DNA from: a virus
Direction: 5' to 3' (one strand)
IMG/VR virus record: IMGVR_UViG_3300045988_167796
Span: 68,032 to 132,031 of that record
Length of the DNA stretch: 64,000 bases
Shown here: positions 48,912 through 58,878 of the stretch, one piece after another
Position numbering within the stretch: the first letter of the stretch is position 1
How the letters are laid out: every line of letters begins with the position of its first letter
Notes under the pieces: generated by a model
What the model was told of the DNA's origin: nothing
Database searches by the model: none
The model's input: only the letters and a program-made list of their open reading frames with translations
Program-made: the position numbers and the translations under genes

Positions 48912-49385
48912 TTACCACGCCATTATGTGGTTCTCTTTACAATAACAGCCCCATAAGTTATATCGGGAATAACAGCCTGGATTTGGCTGAGCTACGGCAT
49001 TGCTAAGTCCTCCGGACTTAAAGAATTTAAATAATTGTGAAAGACCATTTTTACCAAATGATAAGCCAGCGATTGTGGCTACCAAAGTTTTGATTGGTCC
49101 AACTGTTTGTGCTAGATCTGTAAACGCCTCTGTAAGACTTATTACAAAATCCAGTATGTTTTTAGTTCCTGCAGAATCATAGAATGACAACCAGAACTCA
49201 TCCATTTGAGCTTTTATTTTAGTTATCTTACCTGTAAATGATTCTTCGTATTTTGCCTGATTCTCAAGTGCATTTCCTTGTGAATTTGTTGCTTCTGTAG
49301 CTAAAGACATAGCATCTGACCAGGCTGTAAGTATATTTTTGAATTTTGATGACTGTCTTGTCGATAAATTAAATACGATTCGCAA
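48912..49385 (-). CDS. tape measure protein, middle segment (about 130 aa of TMP-like sequence; 3' end probably intronic read-through)
   Basis: TMP-like hydrophobic GPIKTLVATIAGLSFG; no RBS; frame open upstream to HE stop. Confidence 0.45.
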   Translation of the reverse strand: MRIVFNLSTRQSSKFKNILTAWSDAMSLATEATNSQGNALENQAKYEESFTGKITKIKAQMDEFWLSFYDSAGTKNILDFVISLTEAFTDLAQTVGPIKTLVATIAGLSFGKNGLSQLFKFFKSGGLSNAVAQPNPGCYSRYNLWGCYCKENHIMAW

Positions 49386-49418
49386 GATCGTACCGATATT
49401 GTTAATTATTTTCTCCTT

Positions 49419-50333
49419 TTATTCTTCTATAAAAACTCCATATTTTATAAACATATCAAATAATATATCATCCATAAATAATTGGTCCCAGTATGGAATT
49501 CTAATAAGTTTAATATTATTTTGTTTACAGTAATCTGTTTTTATTTTATCTCTTCTTTGAACTTCTGCAAATCTGTTATTTGCTTCTTGTTCTGACATTT
49601 TATTTCCTATTCTAATTGATTTATGATGGAATTCTCCGTCGTATTCTATAGCAATATTATATTCATCTAAATAATAATCAAACGGAAGAGTGTATTTATC
49701 CTTACAATCGCTAAATCGTTTTTCTCTTGTGTATTTTAAATTCCACATATCCAGTATTTGTCCGATCATATTTTCGTAGAAATGACTTTTACAATGAGGA
49801 CAACTTGTGCTTTTTAATAAATTTCCTGAAAACTTTTCTTGAACACCAACATTTTTATGTTTGTTACATATATATTTTATATATGTATGGTTATTTTTAC
49901 TATAAGATTCTACAAATGTAAAATCTCTTTTCTTGCATTCTTCCTTCCAATAATCATTATTTTTTTTATGAGAATTTATTGTCTTTTCTCTTCCGCACAT
50001 AAAACATCCTATTCCTCTTAATAAGTCACATAAATTAATTTGCTGTATGCCATAATCAGGATGTTGTTTACATATATACTTCATTTTAGTTGTGTAATTT
50101 ACATATACTGTATCAAGTAATGTATAACCCTTTTTATCAAATAATTCTTTTACTTCTTGATATGTATAAATTTTTGTATTGTTTACAGTTTTTTCTTTTC
50201 TAATTAAACGAAGTCTTCTTCTTTTAGCTTTTATAGATTCTTCTGTAGTTTGAAAAAATTCAGACAATTCTTTATCTGTTTTATCTTTCCATAATTCTTT
50301 TAATTTATCTTCGTTTTCTTTTGTCCACTTCAT
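49419..50333 (-). CDS. intron-encoded homing endonuclease (tandem Zn-finger-like modules + PD-(D/E)xK/DUF559-like nuclease)
   Basis: two repeats KYICxxHxxxGxQ....LL..xxCxxC; C-term IEYDGEFHH...KTDYCKQNNIKLIRIPY; aaaggag RBS. Confidence 0.55.
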   Translation of the reverse strand: MKWTKENEDKLKELWKDKTDKELSEFFQTTEESIKAKRRRLRLIRKEKTVNNTKIYTYQEVKELFDKKGYTLLDTVYVNYTTKMKYICKQHPDYGIQQINLCDLLRGIGCFMCGREKTINSHKKNNDYWKEECKKRDFTFVESYSKNNHTYIKYICNKHKNVGVQEKFSGNLLKSTSCPHCKSHFYENMIGQILDMWNLKYTREKRFSDCKDKYTLPFDYYLDEYNIAIEYDGEFHHKSIRIGNKMSEQEANNRFAEVQRRDKIKTDYCKQNNIKLIRIPYWDQLFMDDILFDMFIKYGVFIEE

Positions 50334-50353
50334 ATATTATCTCCTTTGTATTA

Positions 50354-50548
50354 TCAATTTTTTGCATAAAAAATCGCCAGGGCTTTAAATAGCTCTGACG
50401 TTTTCGTGTACTTATATGTTGTTACTTCATTTATTACTTTTGTAAACGAAGGTTTTATACCGATACTCAATAAATATTCCTTTTCTGGAGTATATTGAGT
50501 AGAATATTCTTTATCATATTTTTTCATTATTCTATCATTAATTAACAA
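50354..50548 (-). CDS. small ORF within intron (uncertain)
   Basis: ORF track only. Confidence 0.2.
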   Translation of the reverse strand: MLINDRIMKKYDKEYSTQYTPEKEYLLSIGIKPSFTKVINEVTTYKYTKTSELFKALAIFYAKN

Positions 50549-50902
50549 TATCCTTATATTTTCATATAAGTCTAGACTATATCTTCACCTTCAGCATTAC
50601 CTGTTCAGGGTACACCATTTCCATTTAAGGGATTTTCACCTACTTCATTTGCGGTTAAGCCGTACTCCTATTGTTATAGATATTTATTCTCTAGTCTATA
50701 ACCCGACATGGGGATAGTCGTTAAGCGTTCTCCATATATAAAAATTATATTTAGGAGCTTCGTTGTGGATTGCCTATTGTTGCATCTTCTTATTTTTTAT
50801 AACATTCATATTACTTTTCAATAATATTGTAGTATAAAAAGCTTTAAGGGTTCCCACAGTTAGATGTATTCTTAATATATATTTCTATATATTCAGCCCA
50901 AA

Positions 50903-53900
50903 TTAAGCTGCTACGTTATATGAAATGTTACTTTGCTGTGCGTCGGACAGAGTATCCCACTTAGCACTCAGTTCACTCAAAATAACGTCAAGATCACGGA
51001 ATGATCCGTCAACATTGTATACTTCAATTCCAACTTCATGAAGAGATTTAGAAGCGTTAGATAATTCTTCATTACTTACATCTGAAGCATATTGCGGCAT
51101 TTTACCGACTTTTGATATTCTAGTAACAATTGTCTTTATTGCGTTTCCGATGGATCCACCATCTTCACGTGTTCTTTCGGCCACTTTTGCAGAAACAGCA
51201 GCTAACTGTTCATAAGACATACCTGCATCATATGCAACCTGACCAGAAGCTTGCACAGCATCAGAAATAACCTTTATTCCACGCGCATAATCTATTGCGA
51301 CGTTCGATGAAATCTTATCCAATACATCAACTACATGCATAGAAGCATCTGCAGCACTTTGAGATCCATCTTCAAGCATATTGAACTGCTGTAAAATGCC
51401 TTGTACCTGGTCAGCAGCAGTAGAAGTATCAACGCCGCTTAAGTTACTCAGAATAGCTGTAGGTTTTGCAGTTTCATTAATCTCTTCTGCAGTGGTATTC
51501 ATATTTGCATAAATCTGATAGATATCCATTGCATTTTCAAGAGACATAGAAAGATCCTGCGCCATATCAATAGCAGATTGACCTAAACTATTAAGCTGTT
51601 CTTTGGTAATATCCATTGTATAGCTAATAGTAGTAAGATTATCATCATATGCTTTAAGCGTTGAAAATCCTTGTTGAAGTTGATTTATCATTGTAGATAT
51701 AATTCTATAGCTACTTACATATGAAGTAACCATTTGCATAATGTCTTTAAGACTTCCACCAGCAATACTTCTTAATGCACTTCCAAATGTTTTGAATGAT
51801 GCATTAGCTTTTGATTGCTCTGTAGATGTAATACGAAGTGCATTATTATATGTTTGTAATGTACCAGTTACAGTTGTGATTGCTCCTGCTTCGTTTTGAA
51901 ATTGAATTGTCGCAGTACCTGCATTTTCATTTACTTTAGATGATACTTCCTTACCAAGAGAATTTAATTCTGCATATTGTTTTACTCCTGCAATAACATC
52001 AGATATATCTTTTGTAATACCTTCGCTACCAGAAATGAGAGTTCCTTTACTGTTAGTCTTATCATATGCTTTTGCATTTTTAGAAAATTCTTTGATTTTA
52101 TCTGACAGTTCATCTAACTGTTTTATTTTTTCATCAGTGTCAGTTGTATCGTTTGATAAAATACCATTAAAAGCTTCTGCAAATGAATTAATTTTTGTAG
52201 TGTAAGATGCTACTTTATCTGAAGAATTAGCAAGCTTATTTAAATTTGAAATTTGCTCTTCAATGTTAAGCGCTTTTCCGCCAAATCCATCTTTCCAAAA
52301 AGCCATTGTGTTTGATGCTTTTTGACTTGCTTCTATAAACTTCTGGCTATATGTAGACGCATCTCCGTTATAATCTCTTGTTAATTTATTAATTTCTTCC
52401 TGTACGCTAGCAATATCATTTTTTGCCTGAGCAGAAATAGATCCTGTTTCTTTTATCTTAGATGCAAATGTTTCTAACTGATTAGTAATTTTCTGATTAT
52501 TAGATGCTAATGAATCAGTAGTTTTTGAATCAAAAATAGACTGAATATTACCAATAGCATTTTGCTGGAAATCCTGTCCGTAGATATTATTAACTTCTTT
52601 TTTTAAACTTTCATAAGATGCTCTAACAACTTCCATTGCATATATCTGTTTATCAATATCTCCTGAAAGAAATTGAGAATTATTTTTACCGGACATTTGT
52701 AGAATTTTATTCTCAGAATCTCTCATAGCAGTGTAAGATTTCTTCATAGCTTCTACAAGATTATCATTGTTGTTCTTTGAATTCTCAATTGCCTTTGTAT
52801 ATGATTCATTATACTTATCTACTTTATCAGGACCTAAGATACTTTTATTTTTAGATAAGAAATCACTTTTATAAAAAGTATCTACCTCGGACTTTAATGC
52901 GGAAACTTTATTTTTTGCATTTTCAATTTCAGACGTATAGTCTGCGAACGGATTGTTTGCTTGTTTACCTTGAAGAGAGAATAATTCATTCTGAGCTTTT
53001 TCTAACTCTTTTACTTTTGCAAGAGCCTTATCGTATTGATCAATAATCGGTTTCTTTACTTCTTGATTATCCTTTGTATTTTTGAGATTGTCTGTAGATT
53101 TTCTTAAGTTTAATTCTGCATCTCTATATGCATTAGCAATGTCTTTTGAAATAAATTTATCTTTATCTTTAAAAAGATCATTACTAATAATTGAGTCTAA
53201 AGATTTTTTGTCAGATTTAATATTTTTATTTAAATCCTCAATTATTTGCGAATTTTGTTGATCAGAAGATTTACTTATTTCTTTTGATAAATCATTTTGT
53301 AATTTAGATATATTCTTTGAAAGATTTATCGCTTGTTTTACTTTGTTTGTTATGTATTCATATATCGCATCAACATTATTAAAAGCAGAAGTGCTTTCTG
53401 TAGGCAGGTTTATATTACCAAAATTTTCAGATGCATTATTCTTGTCAATAATTGAGAGCCATTTATCCCAGTTAGATTTAAAGCTTTCTGTAACAATTGG
53501 TAATGATTGTTCTGATTTATTTAAAGACTTGAATTTTGCATCAAATATAGATAAATCAAGATTTGTAGATGCACCAGATAATATATTACGAAGATTTTCT
53601 ATTTGAGACGCAACTTGATCAGAATACTTGAAAGAGTCTTTCAATCGTTGTTCAAGATCATTCAGTTCTTGTTCTTTTGCCTTTTTCTTTTCATCAAGTA
53701 AAGCATTCTTTTTATTAGAATCAGATATTCTTTTGTTGTCTTTTTCTAAATTTTGCTGTTGCTTTATTTGTGTATTACATTCAGAAATTGAGTCGCGTAG
53801 TTTACCAGCAGCTTCTGCTTGTTCGTAGATACCAGATGCATCCTTTAATTCTTCATTTAAATCTAACATCCTACCTACTGACTCAGACAATTCGTCTGAT

Positions 53901-56131
53901 GGATCATTTAAAGCATTAAAAGCACTAACAACGCTACTTACTGTTGATTGCAAATTATTAACACCAAATAAATCTTTCTGATTTGTTTTAGAAGAAGAAA
54001 ATATCTTTTTCTTTTCTGCTTCAACACGTTCCATGGATTGAGCAAGACCGTCGATTTCATCAACAGAAAATATATGTTTTAATCCCATATATCCATCTAA
54101 TTGCATTGCATTAATTTTGCCGCCCATTTGAAGGTCTATATTAGCAAGGAATTTATCTAATTTTTCATTTGCTTTTTGTACTTTTACAGATTCTTTTTCT
54201 GCTTCTGTTTTAAGACGCTTCATGTCTTCAACAATACGTTCTGAAGATACTTCTAATGTTCCTTCATCTGTAGGAGAGTAAGTGGTAGAAGTGGTAATAT
54301 ATGCATTTTGATCTTTTTCTGTTTTTACTTGAGTATGCGAACGAATATTCCCATCAGAATCCTTTATAGTTATTAGCTTATCAGAATCTCCTTTTGCAGG
54401 AATAGCGTCTTCTGTGACTGCTTTCATTTCTTTTCGTTCTTTTTCTATTGCTTGTGAAGACTTCTCTGCACCGGCAGCAACCATCTGATTCGCACTATTA
54501 AAGTTTTCTTTTGCAGTAGCAGCTTTTCCAGCAGCTTTTTCAACTTTCTCAAATGCTTTTGATTCATTTTCAAGCTGTTCATTTGACTCTTCTGTATTTG
54601 TCTGTGGTAACGCTGGAGTTTGATTAGAAGCGTCAGGAGCATCAGGAGATTGACTTGGTTTATGAGAAATTGGAGTAGAAGGAGTATTTGATACAGGTTT
54701 TTCTTCTGATTTTTGCTTATCTGTTACTTTAGGTTTTTCTTCTTGTTTTTTCTTTTTAGAATTTGCCGTTTCAGTTTTTTTCTTCTGTTTAGCAACCTCT
54801 TGTTTCGTTTCATCAAGTTTCTTTTCTGATTCAGCTTCCTGGTTATTCGCATCTACGATTGCCTTTGCTTCTTCTTGCAAAGGTTTTGTGTCAACTTTAG
54901 GAGCCTGAATTTCTGCCAGCTTTTTAGAGAACTGCTCGTCTGTCATAAAAAGAACATCAGAAATCGTACTTTTAGCCAATTCGTATTCTTTACTAAGTCC
55001 TTGAATGTAATTTTCAATTATATCATTAGGCTTATTACCATGTTTTTTATATACAGCATAATCTCCTAAGAAATTCATAATTTTAGTAGGAGTTTCTAAT
55101 TCATCCAACGCGATTTCAAGATCCTTCGCTTCTCTTGTTTTACCTTGATAATCTTTTAATATCTTGTTTACATTCTTTCTAGCTTGCTCTGGTTTTTGTG
55201 TACGAAAACGAGACATTTTACCAAACATTTTATTATATTCATTTTGATTTTTTAATGCCTCTTTTGCATTGTCGCTATATGAATACTCTAACGCTGCTAT
55301 TCCTTCATCTAGTTTTTTAGTATACTTTTCAAACTGTGTAGAACTAAATTCTTTTCCTTCATTTACACTATTAATATACTTATGGATTCCAGATCCATCA
55401 TAAATACTCTGTATTAATCCTTGCCTTATTTTATCATATTGAGATTTTGGATCTACTTTATTAATTTTTTTTATAACATCGCTTCGTAATTGCTTACCGT
55501 CATCTTTATTTATTTCATTTAATGTTTTTATCAATGAATAATATAATTGAGCTGAATCTCTATACTTCTTAATTGCATCCGGATTCATTGATGAAATATT
55601 TGGAAACGAACCTGTGCGCTGAGTGAATTCACTTTCTAATTGCGTAATTGCCTTTTCAATTCTTTTTATTTTTGTATATCTATCTGTGAGTTCTGTTCTT
55701 TCTACTTCAGATAGTGTCTTACCTATTCTTTTTTCATAATTAGTAACATAAGTTTTTACTGTACGCTTTCCAGAATTGTCTAACTCTGGAACGTATTTCT
55801 CTATAGTGTTCCAATTTGCTTTTGGAGGTTTATTTCGAGTAAAGTCTTTATTAACGCTGTGTACAATTTTTTGTATTCCATCTTTAATTGTTTTTTCAGC
55901 ATTTTTAGAAAGAGTTGGCGTTACAAGAACTTCGATATCTTTAATACCTTCCAATTTTTTCAATCCTGATGTATCAACTTTTGGTTTTATATTCGATTTT
56001 TCTTTATCTAATTTTTCTAAACTTTCTGTAAGTTTATCTATCTTATTGATCGGCTCATCTAGTTTATTTGCAAGAATATCTCCGCCTTTTACTGCATCCG
56101 ATATGTCAATACCACCATTTTTTATTCCCAT
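50903..56131 (-). CDS. tape measure protein, proximal segment (1742 aa; K/E-rich coiled coil + TP901-family TMP core domain truncated at the C-terminus)
   Basis: C-terminal ~350 aa resemble the TMP conserved core (…AILSNLSGVDTSTAADQVQGILQQFN…VISDAVQASG…); ends abruptly …SNISYNVAA*. Confidence 0.6.
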   Translation of the reverse strand: MGIKNGGIDISDAVKGGDILANKLDEPINKIDKLTESLEKLDKEKSNIKPKVDTSGLKKLEGIKDIEVLVTPTLSKNAEKTIKDGIQKIVHSVNKDFTRNKPPKANWNTIEKYVPELDNSGKRTVKTYVTNYEKRIGKTLSEVERTELTDRYTKIKRIEKAITQLESEFTQRTGSFPNISSMNPDAIKKYRDSAQLYYSLIKTLNEINKDDGKQLRSDVIKKINKVDPKSQYDKIRQGLIQSIYDGSGIHKYINSVNEGKEFSSTQFEKYTKKLDEGIAALEYSYSDNAKEALKNQNEYNKMFGKMSRFRTQKPEQARKNVNKILKDYQGKTREAKDLEIALDELETPTKIMNFLGDYAVYKKHGNKPNDIIENYIQGLSKEYELAKSTISDVLFMTDEQFSKKLAEIQAPKVDTKPLQEEAKAIVDANNQEAESEKKLDETKQEVAKQKKKTETANSKKKKQEEKPKVTDKQKSEEKPVSNTPSTPISHKPSQSPDAPDASNQTPALPQTNTEESNEQLENESKAFEKVEKAAGKAATAKENFNSANQMVAAGAEKSSQAIEKERKEMKAVTEDAIPAKGDSDKLITIKDSDGNIRSHTQVKTEKDQNAYITTSTTYSPTDEGTLEVSSERIVEDMKRLKTEAEKESVKVQKANEKLDKFLANIDLQMGGKINAMQLDGYMGLKHIFSVDEIDGLAQSMERVEAEKKKIFSSSKTNQKDLFGVNNLQSTVSSVVSAFNALNDPSDELSESVGRMLDLNEELKDASGIYEQAEAAGKLRDSISECNTQIKQQQNLEKDNKRISDSNKKNALLDEKKKAKEQELNDLEQRLKDSFKYSDQVASQIENLRNILSGASTNLDLSIFDAKFKSLNKSEQSLPIVTESFKSNWDKWLSIIDKNNASENFGNINLPTESTSAFNNVDAIYEYITNKVKQAINLSKNISKLQNDLSKEISKSSDQQNSQIIEDLNKNIKSDKKSLDSIISNDLFKDKDKFISKDIANAYRDAELNLRKSTDNLKNTKDNQEVKKPIIDQYDKALAKVKELEKAQNELFSLQGKQANNPFADYTSEIENAKNKVSALKSEVDTFYKSDFLSKNKSILGPDKVDKYNESYTKAIENSKNNNDNLVEAMKKSYTAMRDSENKILQMSGKNNSQFLSGDIDKQIYAMEVVRASYESLKKEVNNIYGQDFQQNAIGNIQSIFDSKTTDSLASNNQKITNQLETFASKIKETGSISAQAKNDIASVQEEINKLTRDYNGDASTYSQKFIEASQKASNTMAFWKDGFGGKALNIEEQISNLNKLANSSDKVASYTTKINSFAEAFNGILSNDTTDTDEKIKQLDELSDKIKEFSKNAKAYDKTNSKGTLISGSEGITKDISDVIAGVKQYAELNSLGKEVSSKVNENAGTATIQFQNEAGAITTVTGTLQTYNNALRITSTEQSKANASFKTFGSALRSIAGGSLKDIMQMVTSYVSSYRIISTMINQLQQGFSTLKAYDDNLTTISYTMDITKEQLNSLGQSAIDMAQDLSMSLENAMDIYQIYANMNTTAEEINETAKPTAILSNLSGVDTSTAADQVQGILQQFNMLEDGSQSAADASMHVVDVLDKISSNVAIDYARGIKVISDAVQASGQVAYDAGMSYEQLAAVSAKVAERTREDGGSIGNAIKTIVTRISKVGKMPQYASDVSNEELSNASKSLHEVGIEVYNVDGSFRDLDVILSELSAKWDTLSDAQQSNISYNVAA

Positions 56132-56150
56132 ATAATTTCACCAACTTCCT

Positions 56151-56729
56151 TTAACTAAACATTCTAAATAACAAATATGTAGATAGTACTTTATCAGCAC
56201 AACTATCCAATACATTTTTTATACGATCACTGTTTTTATATGAATTAATTTCAGATTCAATCATATTTGAAGCAGACATTGAAGAATAAGCAACTGATCC
56301 CCATATACGCCATGGAATACCAGTTGTTTGAGACGGGTGAGGTGTTCTCCACCATGGTGTGTCAGGATTTGGATGATTTTTTCCACGAATAGCTCCTCCA
56401 TGCCATCCCTCCTCAAATACATGTTCAAATATATATTCACTGCTTACTCTATGAGAATCAGGCATTAAATCAGATCCTACTTCCCATCCTATGTATGTTC
56501 CGTTAAGCGTAATATTGTACGCTTTTTTTAAACTATTTGTTCTTCTATAATAAATAGGAGAGTATGCAGCATAAAATTTATCTACACATTGATCAAAAAT
56601 ATTTTTTATATCTTGATATATTATAGGAGCAGCCATAGATGCAATTTTTTGTGGTATGACTTTTGGAGCATCTCTTTGTACTTGCTCTAATGCATTTTTT
56701 AATACCATTAAGCTTGGAATACCTCCCAT
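56151..56729 (-). CDS. hypothetical protein upstream of TMP (W/H/P-rich C-terminus)
   Basis: ORF track; position of second tail chaperone. Confidence 0.35.
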   Translation of the reverse strand: MGGIPSLMVLKNALEQVQRDAPKVIPQKIASMAAPIIYQDIKNIFDQCVDKFYAAYSPIYYRRTNSLKKAYNITLNGTYIGWEVGSDLMPDSHRVSSEYIFEHVFEEGWHGGAIRGKNHPNPDTPWWRTPHPSQTTGIPWRIWGSVAYSSMSASNMIESEINSYKNSDRIKNVLDSCADKVLSTYLLFRMFS

Positions 56730-56746
56730 TTACTACACCTCCATGT

Positions 56747-57316
56747 TTATTTTATGCTTTTTACAATATCCATTATCTTATCTTTATCATTCAATAAACT
56801 AACCAATTCTTTTGCTCCTTCATTTGCAAACACACCTACAGTTGTAGCAAAATAATTTACATATTTTGAAATATAGGCATCCAAAGTTTTGTTTTCAGAT
56901 TCATAGTTTTCAATAATAGATCCTTGAACGGACATTAGTTCATTAAGTTCACGTTCCCCAATAATTCCACATATAATATTCATAATATTTCTTTCAAATA
57001 ACATATCATAATCTTCAAATGCGTTTGATTCGCTATTTTCATTTTTCTCAATATTTATTTTTGTATATAACAACAGAACAGTAGTAACGAAATTCACTTT
57101 CTGCAGAAATACATCAATATACGATACATTCTTATCTGTTTTAATAATTGTCTTCTCTAACATAGACTGAAGAATAACCTTCTTTTCAAGTATTGGACAA
57201 TACTTTCTCCATATGACAGATTCAACAAACTGATTCTTCTGTTCATCAGTTTTCAACATATCATATCTGCGAACAAATTCTTTTACATCTATTTTTCTTT
57301 CAATTTTTTCAGACAT
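56747..57316 (-). CDS. tail assembly chaperone-like protein
   Basis: position upstream of TMP; aaaaggag RBS. Confidence 0.35.
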   Translation of the reverse strand: MSEKIERKIDVKEFVRRYDMLKTDEQKNQFVESVIWRKYCPILEKKVILQSMLEKTIIKTDKNVSYIDVFLQKVNFVTTVLLLYTKINIEKNENSESNAFEDYDMLFERNIMNIICGIIGERELNELMSVQGSIIENYESENKTLDAYISKYVNYFATTVGVFANEGAKELVSLLNDKDKIMDIVKSIK

Positions 57317-57500
57317 ATTTATTCTCCTTTTGTTTCCGTATTATATATAATAATTTTGTTGATTTTCGTTGTTTTTACCATTATACTTAATACTGAATAT
57401 GAAAGTGATTATAGGTATACGCATTATAATCCGTTGCACGACTTTATATTTAGCTTGCCGGAGTGCAAGTTATGCGCCCTGTACAAAGGAGAATAAATAA

Positions 57501-57662
57501 ATGAATGTAATATTATCATTTATTCTTCTCGCAATGATTATATTGTGCGGAACCATAGTGTTAATATTAGTGCTCACCAGGCATGACAATATTAAACAAC
57601 TTGACTTCCATATCAGTATTAAGAATGGTGTAGAAGTTAAAAGCCTCTTCTACAAAAAGTAG
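57501..57662 (+). CDS. small single-TM peptide (53 aa) antisense to late operon
   Basis: aaggag RBS, hydrophobic ILSFILLAMIILCGTIVLILVL, followed by two hairpins. Confidence 0.4.
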   Translation: MNVILSFILLAMIILCGTIVLILVLTRHDNIKQLDFHISIKNGVEVKSLFYKK

Positions 57663-57693
57663 AAGTGCAGGATTACAAGAAAAAGAAAAATTC

Positions 57694-57717
57694 GCATCAA
57701 ACCAGATGCGATTTTTC
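57694..57717. terminator. bidirectional terminator between convergent genes
   Basis: gcatc-aaacca-gatgc then TTTTT. Confidence 0.5.
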
Positions 57718-57740
57718 TATATAAAATTATATCTTTATAT

Positions 57741-58178
57741 TTATTTGATTATAAACTCAATCTCAGTTCGTGGATTTTCTTTATCATATCCAGTTTTTAA
57801 AGTGAGAGAGTGTAAATGCTTTTCATCATCGTCAACAATTAACCCGGCCTCAGTAAAGCCATCTAAAATGAACTTTGGCGTCAAGTTATCTACATCGTGC
57901 CTTCTTTTAGTGTCAAAAAAGACAGTTAAAACAATATCAAAATTGTCTAACTGCCTATTTTCTAATCCTTCTAACTTAACCCAAAACTTCACGAAATCTT
58001 TCCATTTCTGTTTAAGAGCGTTCATTTGTATTCGTGGTAAAATACACCATGTATTTATAGAAGGATGATATGGTTTTTCAATTGGTATTTTCTTGGCTTT
58101 TGGATGCTGCAAAAAATAATATGTATTATATTTGTCCAAGACAGACTGATCTAACGTCAATTTCAATACATCACTCAT
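57741..58178 (-). CDS. rusA: RusA-family Holliday junction resolvase (ORF track start 58235)
   Basis: RRHDVDNLTPKFILDGF resembles RusA catalytic D-x-D-N block. Confidence 0.6.
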   Translation of the reverse strand: MSDVLKLTLDQSVLDKYNTYYFLQHPKAKKIPIEKPYHPSINTWCILPRIQMNALKQKWKDFVKFWVKLEGLENRQLDNFDIVLTVFFDTKRRHDVDNLTPKFILDGFTEAGLIVDDDEKHLHSLTLKTGYDKENPRTEIEFIIK

Positions 58179-58560
58179 TGATATACCGTCCCGATATTTC
58201 AAAATATATATTATAATTATCATCCCAATTATCATTTATAATTATTTTATCAATATAACATTCATCAAAAATAAATTCTTCAATTTCATTTCGTACACAA
58301 TCTTCCTGATTATAAATCTCTTGCTTATTTATAATATTTTTATGAATTATTATTTTCCTTATTTTACTTTTATCTTTATGTTTATCTAATATCGTACTAT
58401 TAATGTATCCTGAATGTATTTTCAATCGCACCATATTTTCTCTTTCAAGATATTCTTTCACGCATACATTTGATATATTTACTGTATTATCTTGAAATAT
58501 AATTTCTATATTTTCAGTACAAACAATAAAATATTCTTTTACTAATTCTGTATTATTCAT
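58171..58560 (-). CDS. hypothetical protein
   Basis: ORF track. Confidence 0.35.
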   Translation of the reverse strand: MNNTELVKEYFIVCTENIEIIFQDNTVNISNVCVKEYLERENMVRLKIHSGYINSTILDKHKDKSKIRKIIIHKNIINKQEIYNQEDCVRNEIEEFIFDECYIDKIIINDNWDDNYNIYFEISGRYINE

Positions 58561-58610
58561 ATTAGTTTACTCCTTTTATTCCATAAAAATAGAGCAGTAG
58601 TAATATAAAA

Positions 58611-58871
58611 TTAAACCCGCTCATTAATCAAACTGTATGTAATTTCAACCGGAATAATCACAAGGTCCATATTATCTCCGGTGTCACTATAATAATAATC
58701 AAGTATGATCTGTGCCACATCTTTTGAAATTGTTTTTGTTGCGTATTCAATATCATCAGTAAATACATATTTTTTCTGTTGATAAACTTTTTTCACATAC
58801 ATTGTTGGTGCCCCAAGAGTAGCAATAACATACTTTGTAACTTTCTTCTCTAAAATTTTATCCATTTCCAT
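58611..58871 (-). CDS. hypothetical protein
   Basis: ORF track. Confidence 0.35.
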   Translation of the reverse strand: MEMDKILEKKVTKYVIATLGAPTMYVKKVYQQKKYVFTDDIEYATKTISKDVAQIILDYYYSDTGDNMDLVIIPVEITYSLINERV

Positions 58872-58878
58872 ATACGCC

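Larger units (their letters stand above)
46640..48950 (-). mobile_element. intervening sequence 2 in the TMP gene (possible intron with cargo; GC-elevated noncoding block 48502-48950)
   Basis: separates two TMP-like ORF segments; carries promoter, RBSs, terminator and opposite-strand genes. Confidence 0.4.
49390..50902 (-). mobile_element. group I-like intron in TMP gene carrying a homing endonuclease
   Basis: starts right after TMP segment-1 stop; RNA contains ACGACUA ... UAGUCU (P7-like pair) and an HE ORF with own RBS. Confidence 0.5.

Noticed and set aside
48502-48950. Group II intron domain V in the GC-rich noncoding block
   Set aside because: GGCUCGUGCGUCACCGCGGAAC superficially resembles DV but lacks the GAAA tetraloop and paired stems, and no reverse transcriptase ORF is present.
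38341-56131. Inteins as the cause of the split TMP
   Set aside because: Intervening regions contain stop codons, independent RBS-bearing ORFs and opposite-strand genes. This is not compatible with in-frame protein splicing.
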